From: an uncultured Gammaproteobacteria bacterium
GTDB taxonomy: Bacteria; Patescibacteriota; Microgenomatia; Levybacterales; GWA1-39-11
NCBI GenBank assembly: GCA_964504535.1
Contig: CAZDED010000008.1
Coordinates: 12,673 to 76,672, forward strand
Length of the DNA: 64,000 bases
Direction of reading: 5' to 3'
The notes under the pieces were generated by a model. That model was given only the letters and a program-made list of their open reading frames with translations. It made no database searches and had not been told where the DNA came from. Positions 36,924 to 46,359 of this stretch are shown here, piece after piece (within the stretch, counting starts at the first letter, position 1; each line of letters begins with the position of its first letter). The translations under genes were made by a program, and so were the position numbers.

Positions 36924-37466
36924 TTACTTCCCTTGAAAAGCAGTTGGAGTGTCTACGGTTAATGTCTCCGAACACGAGTCGTAATTGCCTGTGGCATAAT
37001 ATTCGATCTCTGGTGCTTCATTGGGAGGCACCATCTTATTTTCGAAAGCAAGGTGAACAATCTTCCCGTCAGCACCAATCAGGAGAATACGGTTAGATAA
37101 CGGTTTCATAAATATCATATTAAGAACTGGTATTTTATTGAGAAAACTAACATTTTGTTCTTCCAGATACGCAAGTTTTTGAATTCTTCCAAGTTTTGTC
37201 TGTACACCCTTACTACAAAGCGCTTTTGTCCCACCAAAAATCCCGAAAGCACCAAGAGTGAGGACAATGCCTGCAATACCAAGTGAACCTTTTATATCAA
37301 AAGTGAAAGCTTTTTGCTTTTTGATCTCTTCAAGGATTTGAGTAATTCGACGCAAAGGATTTCCGATATGAATGTCAATCAAATCATCTTTCTTGGATTT
37401 CTTGATAGAAGTATTGTCGTAAATTAAGTCCGAAAGCGGGTCGTGTTCAGTTTGATGTTCCTCCAT
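36924..37466 (-). CDS. Hypothetical single-TM protein
   Basis: 180-aa ORF with a central hydrophobic helix. Confidence 0.7.
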   Translation of the reverse strand: MEEHQTEHDPLSDLIYDNTSIKKSKKDDLIDIHIGNPLRRITQILEEIKKQKAFTFDIKGSLGIAGIVLTLGAFGIFGGTKALCSKGVQTKLGRIQKLAYLEEQNVSFLNKIPVLNMIFMKPLSNRILLIGADGKIVHLAFENKMVPPNEAPEIEYYATGNYDSCSETLTVDTPTAFQGK

Positions 37467-37518
37467 ATTATCCCGCCTGATTTACTATATCCACAATATA
37501 CATTTGAAGTCAAGAAGG

Positions 37519-38970
37519 TTATCTAGTTTTATAAAGAATTGTTGTTCCTTCAACTTTATACCTCGTTAATACTTTTGCTTTTTCTACATTTGATAAAGCG
37601 TCAAGAAATACAGGTCTGTCAGCCAATAAATGCCTAATGTCCCAATCCTTTGCAATATCAACAATTACATAGTCCGGATGGCCGTACCAAGAAAGCCAAT
37701 TGCATGTTCTCTTGCCGCACGGGGAAGAGGACTCAAATGTTTTTGTGATTGGGTATAACGTATATATTTTGTCCCTGTGAGAAATATGGGGCGTTATGTT
37801 GTTTTGTGAAGCAACTGAAGCAGTTTGAGGTAATGAAGACTCAATAATTTTGTTTATTGTTATAGCAGCCGAAGGAGTTTTCCAAAACCAATTTTTTGTC
37901 AGATATGATAGAGGGAGATGAAGTGCGTATTGGACTGTAAAAGCACATATCAATAAATAAATACCAATGTATTTTTTATTAAGGAATTTAAAAGTAGCTA
38001 TTGTCATAATTGTTGACCAGGTAAGAAGCGGTCCCAATGTCACCCGGTAATGCCCATAAAGACCTTGAGCCCCCGGAAGATCGCTGGCAATCACAAAAAA
38101 AGTAGCAAAATGAACCATGATCAGCGGCAATGTGAGTGGGTTTAGGATAGGAATAAACCCTACCGACAAGAAAGAATAAAAAAGAGTAGTTAATTTTTCG
38201 GATGAGTTGAAAAGAAATAAGGGATTTATGTTTGAGAACAACCCATCTATATTTTGATACAGGTAAGAAACGTGCATTATATGAGGAAAAAAGACATAGA
38301 ATATAAACAGTAAATATATTATTGAAAATCCTGCGAAAAACAATACAATCCTCTCTCGTCTTCGAATTAGATAAAGCAGTGCTATCACAAGCGTATAAAG
38401 AGCCATGTTCTCTTTTGATGTTATAGTCAGAAAAAAGAATAACACTGACCACCACTTCTTTTTCTTATCCAAGAAATACATGAACCACATAAGAAATGCC
38501 GCGCCAAATCCAGAACTATGAACATCAAACCAAACAGCGAACTGCATTCCATAAAACAATAAATACGACAAGGTAAGTGAAAAGCTTAAGAATTCACCTT
38601 TTATTCTGTGCTTTGAAAGTAAATATACTGCCAGTCCTCCAGAACACATGACAATGGCAGAAATAATAAAAAGAAATCTTCTTGTTGACCAAAGCCAATA
38701 AAACGGAGCAATTAATGCATACACAAATTCAACATGTAGCTCCAATTTTGAGCGTTCGGGAAAGGGAGCTATCGTTGAGATAGGAGACTCAAATCTACTG
38801 TACCGCCAAATCGTTTGGTCATTAATACCTAAGTCATACCCATAAGAAGCATAATGAGAGTGCCTAACTATTGAAAGTGTGCTGTAACAGGTAGCAAAAA
38901 TTCCGCAAATAAGAACGATTGTGAGAACAAAATACTGTCTTTTTTTGAAAAACCAAAAAGGGGATAGCAC
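37519..38970 (-). CDS. DUF2079 family membrane protein (GT-C-like)
   Basis: YDLGINDQTIW, FDVH, KEN and many TMs. Confidence 0.8.
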   Translation of the reverse strand: MLSPFWFFKKRQYFVLTIVLICGIFATCYSTLSIVRHSHYASYGYDLGINDQTIWRYSRFESPISTIAPFPERSKLELHVEFVYALIAPFYWLWSTRRFLFIISAIVMCSGGLAVYLLSKHRIKGEFLSFSLTLSYLLFYGMQFAVWFDVHSSGFGAAFLMWFMYFLDKKKKWWSVLFFFLTITSKENMALYTLVIALLYLIRRRERIVLFFAGFSIIYLLFIFYVFFPHIMHVSYLYQNIDGLFSNINPLFLFNSSEKLTTLFYSFLSVGFIPILNPLTLPLIMVHFATFFVIASDLPGAQGLYGHYRVTLGPLLTWSTIMTIATFKFLNKKYIGIYLLICAFTVQYALHLPLSYLTKNWFWKTPSAAITINKIIESSLPQTASVASQNNITPHISHRDKIYTLYPITKTFESSSPCGKRTCNWLSWYGHPDYVIVDIAKDWDIRHLLADRPVFLDALSNVEKAKVLTRYKVEGTTILYKTR

Positions 38971-39050
38971 AAGGTCTATTTTAACATCGGCACGATCTGC
39001 TTGTAGCGTCCATTTTAAAACCCTGAACTAAAAGTAAGGCTGTAGGTGCT

Positions 39051-40841
39051 TTATCTAGCAGCTCGCAAGGCATTAATAATTACAGCAACATCAATTGCTT
39101 CCTGGATCAAAGAGCCAGCAAGTGGCGGAATGTAGCCTAACGCAGCAAGGATCATACACAAAATACTAAGTCCGATTCCCCACAAAATGCTTTGCCTGGC
39201 TATTGAAATTGTCCTCTTCGCACTAAGAATTGAATATAATACTGAGGAAAAGTTGCCCCCAAGAAGCACAATGTCGGCTGCTTCTGAAGCTGCAGTTTGC
39301 TCGTCATTTGCAAAAACCATACCTACATCAGAAAGAGCTAGAGCAGGAGCATCGTTTATCCCATCTCCAACCATAGCAACGGTCCTGCCTTCTCGCTTGA
39401 GATCTTCGATACCTTTTTGCTTGTCTTCAGGCTTCAGCCCTGCTTTGACTTCAATTTCTATCCCTATCTTTTTTACTAATTCAACCGCTGTACTCAGCTT
39501 GTCTCCTGTAAATATTCTTATAGTCATACTTAAGTTTTTTAAACTCTCAATCGTTTTTTTTGACTCCACCTTTAGTTGATCTTCAAAAACAAATTCTCCT
39601 AAAACGGCTTTATTCAAGAAGATGCCAATCCTCATTGCCGTATCTGAGGAATTTATTTTTGCTAATAGATATTTTTTTCCATCAATAACTCCTGAGATAC
39701 CTTTTCCCACAACCTCCGTTACATCAGAAACTGCTACTGTTGGACCTTTGGCAGTATAGTCAACAATTGCTTTTGCTAAGGGGTGTAATGAATTGCGTTC
39801 TATTGATCCCGCTATCGATAAAAGGCGATCTCTATCAATTTTCTCGTGCAACACAAACTTTGCAACGTGTGGTTTTCCTAATGTAAGAGTACCTGTCTTG
39901 TCAAAAATTATAGTATCCACTCTGGACAGAGATTCGATGCTAGCAAGTTTTTTAATGATGATTCTTTTTCGAGCTTGCGCGTTCATTCCTCCAATTAATG
40001 CGATGGGGGTAGCAAGTATCAATGGGCAGGGAGTCGCAACAACCAACACCGCCAAAATTGCTTCCAAATTAGGATGCAAAAGATAAGCAAAAGCACTTAT
40101 GATAAGAGTTATCACTGTAAAATAAAGGCTATATTTGTCTGCCAATCTCACGAGAGGTGCTTTCTCACTCTGTGCCCTCTCAACGAGTTGCACTATTTTT
40201 TTATAGGTTGAATCTTTTTCAGACTTAGTAACTTTTACACGTATCACGGACTCAAGATTGAGAATTCCTGATCTTAATAAGTCACCACTATATTTGTCTG
40301 CTGGAAAAGCCTCACCGGTTAGACTTGACTCATCAACAACAGCAACTGGAGAGAGTAATAAACCATCAAGAGGTATTACTTCCCCTTTTCTCACAACAAT
40401 TATATCGTTAACGTTTATCGAACTCACAGGCTTACTCTCTACAGTTCCATTATTTTCAACTCCAACATCATGAGGAATTCTTTCAGCCAGACTACTTAGA
40501 GACTTTTTTGCAAGTTTGGATGCAAAATCCTCCAAATTTCTTCCGGTTGCAAGCATGAGTCCTAATATGATTCCAACAAGATATTCATGCGTGACAAGGG
40601 CAACAACAATTGCCAAAATTGCAATATAGTCGAGACCAAATTGCTTGTTTTTAATATCCTCGATAGACTCTGCAATTAAGGGGTATGATCCTGCTAGAAT
40701 CGTTACAAAAGCTATAATGATAGAAAGTGTCGTGAGATGTGCTAGATTTAAAATGATATAGATTACTAGACCTATTACCACCACGAAAGGAAGCATAAAG
40801 GATAATACATAGGAAAAAATCTTGGGAAAATTCATTGTCAA
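39051..40841 (-). CDS. Heavy-metal P1B-type ATPase (P1B-5-like)
   Basis: LTGE, ATPCP, DKTGTLT, SLHPLA, GDGINDAP and QEAID. Confidence 0.95.
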   Translation of the reverse strand: MTMNFPKIFSYVLSFMLPFVVVIGLVIYIILNLAHLTTLSIIIAFVTILAGSYPLIAESIEDIKNKQFGLDYIAILAIVVALVTHEYLVGIILGLMLATGRNLEDFASKLAKKSLSSLAERIPHDVGVENNGTVESKPVSSINVNDIIVVRKGEVIPLDGLLLSPVAVVDESSLTGEAFPADKYSGDLLRSGILNLESVIRVKVTKSEKDSTYKKIVQLVERAQSEKAPLVRLADKYSLYFTVITLIISAFAYLLHPNLEAILAVLVVATPCPLILATPIALIGGMNAQARKRIIIKKLASIESLSRVDTIIFDKTGTLTLGKPHVAKFVLHEKIDRDRLLSIAGSIERNSLHPLAKAIVDYTAKGPTVAVSDVTEVVGKGISGVIDGKKYLLAKINSSDTAMRIGIFLNKAVLGEFVFEDQLKVESKKTIESLKNLSMTIRIFTGDKLSTAVELVKKIGIEIEVKAGLKPEDKQKGIEDLKREGRTVAMVGDGINDAPALALSDVGMVFANDEQTAASEAADIVLLGGNFSSVLYSILSAKRTISIARQSILWGIGLSILCMILAALGYIPPLAGSLIQEAIDVAVIINALRAAR

Positions 40842-40915
40842 TTTCTGTTATGCAAGAAAATGATATCACAATTTGTATATTGACTGGAATTAAAACAAAA
40901 GCTTAGAATGGTGCA

Positions 40916-41836
40916 ATGAAAAAAAGAGCGAATAAAAATAGAAAAAAAATAAAAGACAATTCTTTTTTATACACGTATATAATACTTCTCCCACTGCTGG
41001 TGGTTTTTAGCTTTTCAGTATTTTTTTTGTCTCCACAACTGTCTGGTAAGCCTTATTTTATGAATAATCCAAACACGCACCAAACATATTTAAAAAATGC
41101 AGATTGGAAGAAGCAGCTTATCAACCACAACAATTTTTTTGTTCAAAAAAAAGGGATCATATTTCATGGCGACAGAAACAAAAAAAAGGTAGCTTTAACA
41201 TTTGATGCTGATATGACCGAGGGCATGGCACAGATGCTGAGGGGTGGACTGGTAAAAAGTTATTATGACTCGAAAATGATCGAAGTGTTAAGGGCATTTA
41301 AAACCCCCGCAACGCTGTTTGTTACTGGAATGTGGGCCGAAGCTTACCCTCAAGAAACAAAGGATCTGGCCAGTGATCCGTTATTTGAAATCGGTAGCCA
41401 CTCGTATGCCCATAAGGCTTTTACAAATGACTGTTTCGGATTGCCTTCTCTAGAGGATACTGAGAAAATCCAGGATCTTGGAACGTCACAATTCATGCTG
41501 CAAAAATTCACAGGTGTTAAGACGAAACTGTTCAGATTTCCGGGAGGTTGCTATAAGATTAAGGACCTTGACCTGCTAAAAAAAGCTGGAATGACTGCCA
41601 TCCAGTGGGATGTGGTTGCTAATGATGGATTCAATCCAAATCCGGAAATTATAATAAACAATGTCGTAAGCAATACAAGAAATGGTTCAATAATAGTCAT
41701 GCACATGAACGGTTTTCCAAATGAACCTGTCGACTATATCGCAGTCCCTCAGATAGTTAAGATCCTAAGAGAAAAAGGGTTTGAGTTTGTGACCGTAAGT
41801 ACATTACTCAATTCATACGATATAATCAATAAGTGA
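40916..41836 (+). CDS. Polysaccharide deacetylase (CE4/NodB)
   Basis: ALTFDAD, HSYAH, FRFPGG, IIVMH and an N-terminal TM. Confidence 0.9.
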   Translation: MKKRANKNRKKIKDNSFLYTYIILLPLLVVFSFSVFFLSPQLSGKPYFMNNPNTHQTYLKNADWKKQLINHNNFFVQKKGIIFHGDRNKKKVALTFDADMTEGMAQMLRGGLVKSYYDSKMIEVLRAFKTPATLFVTGMWAEAYPQETKDLASDPLFEIGSHSYAHKAFTNDCFGLPSLEDTEKIQDLGTSQFMLQKFTGVKTKLFRFPGGCYKIKDLDLLKKAGMTAIQWDVVANDGFNPNPEIIINNVVSNTRNGSIIVMHMNGFPNEPVDYIAVPQIVKILREKGFEFVTVSTLLNSYDIINK

Positions 41837-42348
41837 AATTTCTAATTCTTGCTTTCCTATTATTCCTTCTGAACGCTAACCCCTTATATGCGCACACTTC
41901 TGGCGGAAAAGAAGAGACAACAGTCCTTATGCATGCAGAACCAGAGGACAGACCGCTAGCAAATCAAAAGACAATTCTGCATTTCCAGATCGATGATGTA
42001 TCAAAGGAATTTCGCATGAAAGACTGCAATTGTACGGTCTCTGTCTTTAGAGATGGTAAAAAACTAGTAAGCAAACCTGCCGATGAAGTTCACGATCCTA
42101 AGAGTTTGTATAGTGCCTCAACAACTGTGACATTTGATCGTGAGGGAAGCTATGAGATCAGATTTGAAGGAGCTCCCATTACCTCAGACCAATTTCATCC
42201 TTTTGACACGACTTTTAAGCTTGAGGTCGGTAAAAGTGTCATTGAACCAAAGAATAGTCTTGGTGTTCCAAGCTATGCAACATATACATTTCTTGCATTA
42301 ATCGGAGGTTCAACGGCTTTTCTAGTGTTAAAAAGGATTAGCTCTTGA
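41833..42348 (+). CDS. Secreted Ig-like protein with C-terminal TM anchor
   Basis: Signal peptide ending YAH, beta-rich core, C-terminal hydrophobic helix followed by KR. Confidence 0.7.
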   Translation: MKFLILAFLLFLLNANPLYAHTSGGKEETTVLMHAEPEDRPLANQKTILHFQIDDVSKEFRMKDCNCTVSVFRDGKKLVSKPADEVHDPKSLYSASTTVTFDREGSYEIRFEGAPITSDQFHPFDTTFKLEVGKSVIEPKNSLGVPSYATYTFLALIGGSTAFLVLKRISS

Positions 42349-42610
42349 GGTTTTGCAGTGCTTTTAATTTGCGAGCAGCTGTGGCTATATCCACCTTTTT
42401 CTGTTTTTCTTGCTTAAGTTCGTCTGATTTTTGCTTTTGCTGCTCTAATTTCTCTTCGACTATTTTTTGGCATTCCGGATCAGGACAAATAGTATCCTGA
42501 TGAATGATTGTTGAGGTTCCAAAGAAGGTAGCTATCTCTTCTTTCCACTTTTTACCTTCGATTCTTTCCTTTCCGCAACGGGTACATGGATTTGATATAT
42601 GGGATTGCAT
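42338..42610 (-). CDS. Small Zn-ribbon/coiled-coil hypothetical protein
   Basis: CTRC...CPDPEC followed by a K/E/Q helix. Start is placed at MQSH. Confidence 0.75.
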   Translation of the reverse strand: MQSHISNPCTRCGKERIEGKKWKEEIATFFGTSTIIHQDTICPDPECQKIVEEKLEQQKQKSDELKQEKQKKVDIATAARKLKALQNLKS

Positions 42611-42684
42611 AGTTTCGCTTTTTGAAGGTATCTTCTTTGCTGTGAGATGTATTATAGCATATTTCGTGCTCAAAAGCAATTGAG

Positions 42685-44220
42685 TTATGCGCCCGTTTCA
42701 ACATATCCAGGAAAAAAGTCTGATTTTATCTGTCTTTTTTTAACTCTCAAATCTCTGAGCATTTTTTCAAAATTTTGCACCATCAACTGAGGTCCGGAGA
42801 TATAAAAAACTCGATTCGAAAAATCCGGTATAGCTTTTTTAATCATTTCCGTATCTATATGTCCTGTCAGTCCTGACCAATCGGATGGAATTTTACTTTT
42901 GTCAGTCAAAACATAGAATGTCTTAACACCAAGGTTTCTTGCCCGCTCAAGCTCTTCTTTAAATACGATATCCTCAACTCCTTTATTCGCATAAATTACG
43001 CATATATCTACCTGCTGCTTCCTTTCCACAATATCTTCAATCATGCTCCGAAATGGAGTTATCCCAATTCCTCCGGCTATAAAAACCAGAGGAATTTTTG
43101 TATTTTTTGGCAAAACGAAATCCCCGGCAAGACCGGTTGCAATTATCTTGTCGCCAGACTGAAGGTTGAAAAGAGCTTTTTTGTAACTACTTGATGGTTC
43201 ATAAAATTTTACAGCCATCAAAAGGTTCTCCTTTCTTCCAGACGCAATACTGAAATACCTTCTGTTTCCCCGGGTATCAGGAGAGGGATGAGGCAAGGTC
43301 CATTCAAAGTATTGCCCGGGAGTAAATTTGAGATTTTTGACTATGCCGAAATCATAGAGATAAGTATCAGTACTCAGTCTGGTTTTATTGTGAAGCGTAA
43401 GTGACAGTCTATATTTCGGGTTTACTAAAAATGAAAAAACATTTCCTGCAATTAGAGCCGTTTCCGGAGTAATTACAAAGCCCCCAAATCTTAATAAGGG
43501 AGTTGCGTAAAAAACCGCGACAATGGCAGCATATAGACGTTGGAATTTTATTGTAGTAGGAGAGGTGAGTGGCTCAGTTAGCATGATGAAAGCAAAGAAA
43601 AATAGCGCTGAGGAAAACAAACTTTGTTTCCATACGGTAAAAATGGAGCTAAAGGATCCACTATTTATAAAACTGCCTATACCACTTACGATAAGAAAAG
43701 TGACGATAAAAGTGAGAACAAGCTCTTCTCTTCTTATTTTTCTCATTACCAAAAAACCACCAACAAAAACAGGAATTATAAGTGCATTTGTTCCAATCCA
43801 CCAAATAGCTGAATAGTCAGGTACAAAATATCCAACTATAAGAACTGCAATAGCTGCTGGATTGAAAAGATGTCTTTTATCAATAGTTAAAAGATATTTA
43901 GATGCCATAGTAATTACCGATACTACAGCTAATGGTGCAAGACTTGAAGGGAAAGCTACCGGAAAAATAAGAGTCAGGATAAGTGCAGTCACAAATACGG
44001 ACTCAATGTTTGTGATTGCTTTAAATATCTTTGAGAAGATGTAATTTGATATATAACAAGAAACAACAGAGACTGCGGCCGTCATTAAAATATCAAACCC
44101 TTTATATGGAATATTCCCTAAAAATCCTAACACCGCACCGATCACAACCAAAAGGATAAGAACATATAGAACAAGCCTATACATTGTGATTTTATTAAGA
44201 AATAAATCTACGTATTTCAT
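42685..44220 (-). CDS. RnfD/NqrB-like membrane domain fused to an FNR-type FAD/NAD(P)H oxidoreductase
   Basis: HLFNPAA and FIMLTEPLTSP are RnfD-like. RYFSIAS, AGGIGITPF and YISGPQLMV are FNR motifs. Confidence 0.85.
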   Translation of the reverse strand: MKYVDLFLNKITMYRLVLYVLILLVVIGAVLGFLGNIPYKGFDILMTAAVSVVSCYISNYIFSKIFKAITNIESVFVTALILTLIFPVAFPSSLAPLAVVSVITMASKYLLTIDKRHLFNPAAIAVLIVGYFVPDYSAIWWIGTNALIIPVFVGGFLVMRKIRREELVLTFIVTFLIVSGIGSFINSGSFSSIFTVWKQSLFSSALFFFAFIMLTEPLTSPTTIKFQRLYAAIVAVFYATPLLRFGGFVITPETALIAGNVFSFLVNPKYRLSLTLHNKTRLSTDTYLYDFGIVKNLKFTPGQYFEWTLPHPSPDTRGNRRYFSIASGRKENLLMAVKFYEPSSSYKKALFNLQSGDKIIATGLAGDFVLPKNTKIPLVFIAGGIGITPFRSMIEDIVERKQQVDICVIYANKGVEDIVFKEELERARNLGVKTFYVLTDKSKIPSDWSGLTGHIDTEMIKKAIPDFSNRVFYISGPQLMVQNFEKMLRDLRVKKRQIKSDFFPGYVETGA

Positions 44221-44223
44221 AAA

Positions 44224-44952
44224 TTAAAGATACTTTCGAAATCCTTCAGTCAAATATTCTTTACCATCACGTGAGATCATATATCCCTCCAGTCCATCCA
44301 TTGTATCTAAAAAATCAATTCCTTTCTTGCCCATAGCATACGCTGCTGTTGCAAGTCTGTCAGCTTCATATACATCCGGACCTATAACAGTAAGACTGGA
44401 AACTTCATTTGCCAGCTTCTTCTTTATGGGATCATAAATATGCATTCCGCGTTCGTAGATACCCGAGGTAGCTATCCCCACATTGGTCAAATGCAAAACT
44501 CCTTTAGTAGCAGTTGTATCTCTTGGATCCCTTATGCCAACTTTCCATTTCTGCCCATTTTTTAGTCCTCTAATATCAATATCTCCTCCAATCTCGATGT
44601 AGAAATTTTTATATCCTTTTTTTGACAGTCTCTTTGAAGCTTCTGAAATGGCATAACCCTTCACAAGACCCGATGGATCTACTATTCCCTCTACATGAAT
44701 GTCAAAATAGCCGTGTGTAATGCTTCTCGTCTCTTCACAAAGCCTAAAGATTTTTTTTACTTCAGGGCTAGCATCCTCTATACGGAGTTCCTTCCTGTTG
44801 ATCTTACTGATTTCACTTGTCCTTTTGTAGGTACTGAACATTTCGTCAACTTCGTGGAAATAATCCAATATTTCATCGATGTCTGAACCATCGCACTCGC
44901 CAAGCACCTCAATGGCAACACTCATACCCATGATTCCTTCTGTGACCTTCAT
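44224..44952 (-). CDS. apbE: FAD:protein FMN transferase
   Basis: DPSGLVKGYA, EIGGDI, WKVGIRDP, ATSGIYERG and ADRLATA. Confidence 0.92.
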   Translation of the reverse strand: MKVTEGIMGMSVAIEVLGECDGSDIDEILDYFHEVDEMFSTYKRTSEISKINRKELRIEDASPEVKKIFRLCEETRSITHGYFDIHVEGIVDPSGLVKGYAISEASKRLSKKGYKNFYIEIGGDIDIRGLKNGQKWKVGIRDPRDTTATKGVLHLTNVGIATSGIYERGMHIYDPIKKKLANEVSSLTVIGPDVYEADRLATAAYAMGKKGIDFLDTMDGLEGYMISRDGKEYLTEGFRKYL

Positions 44953-45398
44953 TTTGCCTTAACTAAAGCTGTTCTTAACGATCTTGCAAAAGCGGGAGCA
45001 GAATCAGATGCACCAGTGACTATATCTACGTCAAAACTTTGTTTGTCTATCGCTTCCTGTCTGAGAATAATAAGCGCTTGTTTGTTTATTGCAATTGATG
45101 TGTGATTGTCATCAGGATACATCAACTCACTAACATCTGTTATCCTGCCACCCGCAATAACAACTTCCACCTGAAGGTCTCCATAAACTGCATCCTCAAT
45201 ACTTCCATCATATACCCCATCTCTGTATTTTGAGGAACTAACCTGCGCAGTTGGACTTACAGCAACAGTTGTGACCGTTGTTGGAGTAGGAACTTGAACA
45301 TTTATTTTTTCGTCATCAACTACATCCGGTGTGTTTTTAAAATAGGCGGCAAGAAGGATAATCAAAACAACTATTGATATCTGTAAGTATTTTCGCAT
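44949..45398 (-). CDS. Membrane-anchored FMN-binding domain protein
   Basis: YRDGVYDG, YGDLQVEV and flavinylation motif DIVTGAS, with an N-terminal TM. Confidence 0.88.
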   Translation of the reverse strand: MRKYLQISIVVLIILLAAYFKNTPDVVDDEKINVQVPTPTTVTTVAVSPTAQVSSSKYRDGVYDGSIEDAVYGDLQVEVVIAGGRITDVSELMYPDDNHTSIAINKQALIILRQEAIDKQSFDVDIVTGASDSAPAFARSLRTALVKAK

Positions 45399-45466
45399 AT
45401 TTGGATTATACTAAGAATCAACTATAGAGAGGTAGACTGAAAAGAGGCTTAATATATGCTTGTTCT

Positions 45467-45721
45467 ATGAAGAACTACTATGTTTATATTGTGGAGTGTA
45501 ATGACGGAACTTTTTATACCGGCAAAACCGTGGACCTTGTCAAACGGTTGAAGTCACATAACGGCGCGATCTCTGGAGGTGCAAAATACACCTCTGGTAG
45601 ACGACCGGTTTTTCTGGTCTACTATGAAATGGTAGACAACCAAACAAAAGCGCTTCAACGTGAATATGAATTAAAACAATTGACAAGAAATGAAAAAAGG
45701 GCTTTAATCCAGGGTAAATGA
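45467..45721 (+). CDS. GIY-YIG nuclease (YazA/UPF0213-like)
   Basis: YVYIVECNDGTFYTG, RLKSHN, GAKYT and REYELK. Confidence 0.92.
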   Translation: MKNYYVYIVECNDGTFYTGKTVDLVKRLKSHNGAISGGAKYTSGRRPVFLVYYEMVDNQTKALQREYELKQLTRNEKRALIQGK

Positions 45722-46359
45722 AAGAGCAAGTAGATCAAGGTGTTCTGTTTGGGTTCGAACATTTCGTATGTAATCCTACCGACCCACAATTGATAAGGAA
45801 GTTTCCTGGTGCTTGGACGAACCTAGCAGAAGAGGAATGCATTGAAGCTGCGTCTCAGTCAGGCATTCAGATGTTAAGTGATGCTTGGGAGGCATTGACT
45901 CCAGAAAGTAGAGATGAGACTGTCGTTGCCGACTATGACGTACGGCAAGATGAACAAAGACAACGCTTGTGGGACTATTGGGCTGGAGTAATCTATTTGG
46001 CGGTTAGTGATAATAGACCTGAGGGGATATCATACACTTGTGAGAAAATCGAGGAAGATGCTTCCTACAAATATACATTCTCTGTACTCGAAGGCGATTA
46101 CTATAGTCGTTTTCAGTTTAGATATAGTCCAAAAGGAAACTTTATCGATTGGGCCTTTCACTCCCCCGTGCTTACAGCTGAGTCGAGAAAAGGAATGTAT
46201 TCAAAAGATCCAGAATATAAATGTGTATTCAGAAAAGGTGACTTTACGACTTTTGAAAAAAAAAGCGCAGTCTTTCATCCTGAAAATCACAATGATCCGC
46301 GCATTTCCGGAAGAACAAAAATTTGGAGAACAGAGTCTTTGATTATACAAAGACCTTAA
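45718..46359 (+). CDS. Hypothetical protein (orphan)
   Basis: 213-aa ORF coupled to the GIY-YIG gene by an ATGA overlap. Confidence 0.65.
   Translation: MKEQVDQGVLFGFEHFVCNPTDPQLIRKFPGAWTNLAEEECIEAASQSGIQMLSDAWEALTPESRDETVVADYDVRQDEQRQRLWDYWAGVIYLAVSDNRPEGISYTCEKIEEDASYKYTFSVLEGDYYSRFQFRYSPKGNFIDWAFHSPVLTAESRKGMYSKDPEYKCVFRKGDFTTFEKKSAVFHPENHNDPRISGRTKIWRTESLIIQRP

Noticed and set aside
40855-40872. Crp/Fnr box upstream of the P-type ATPase
   Set aside because: Only a half-site (ATCACA) with wrong spacing.
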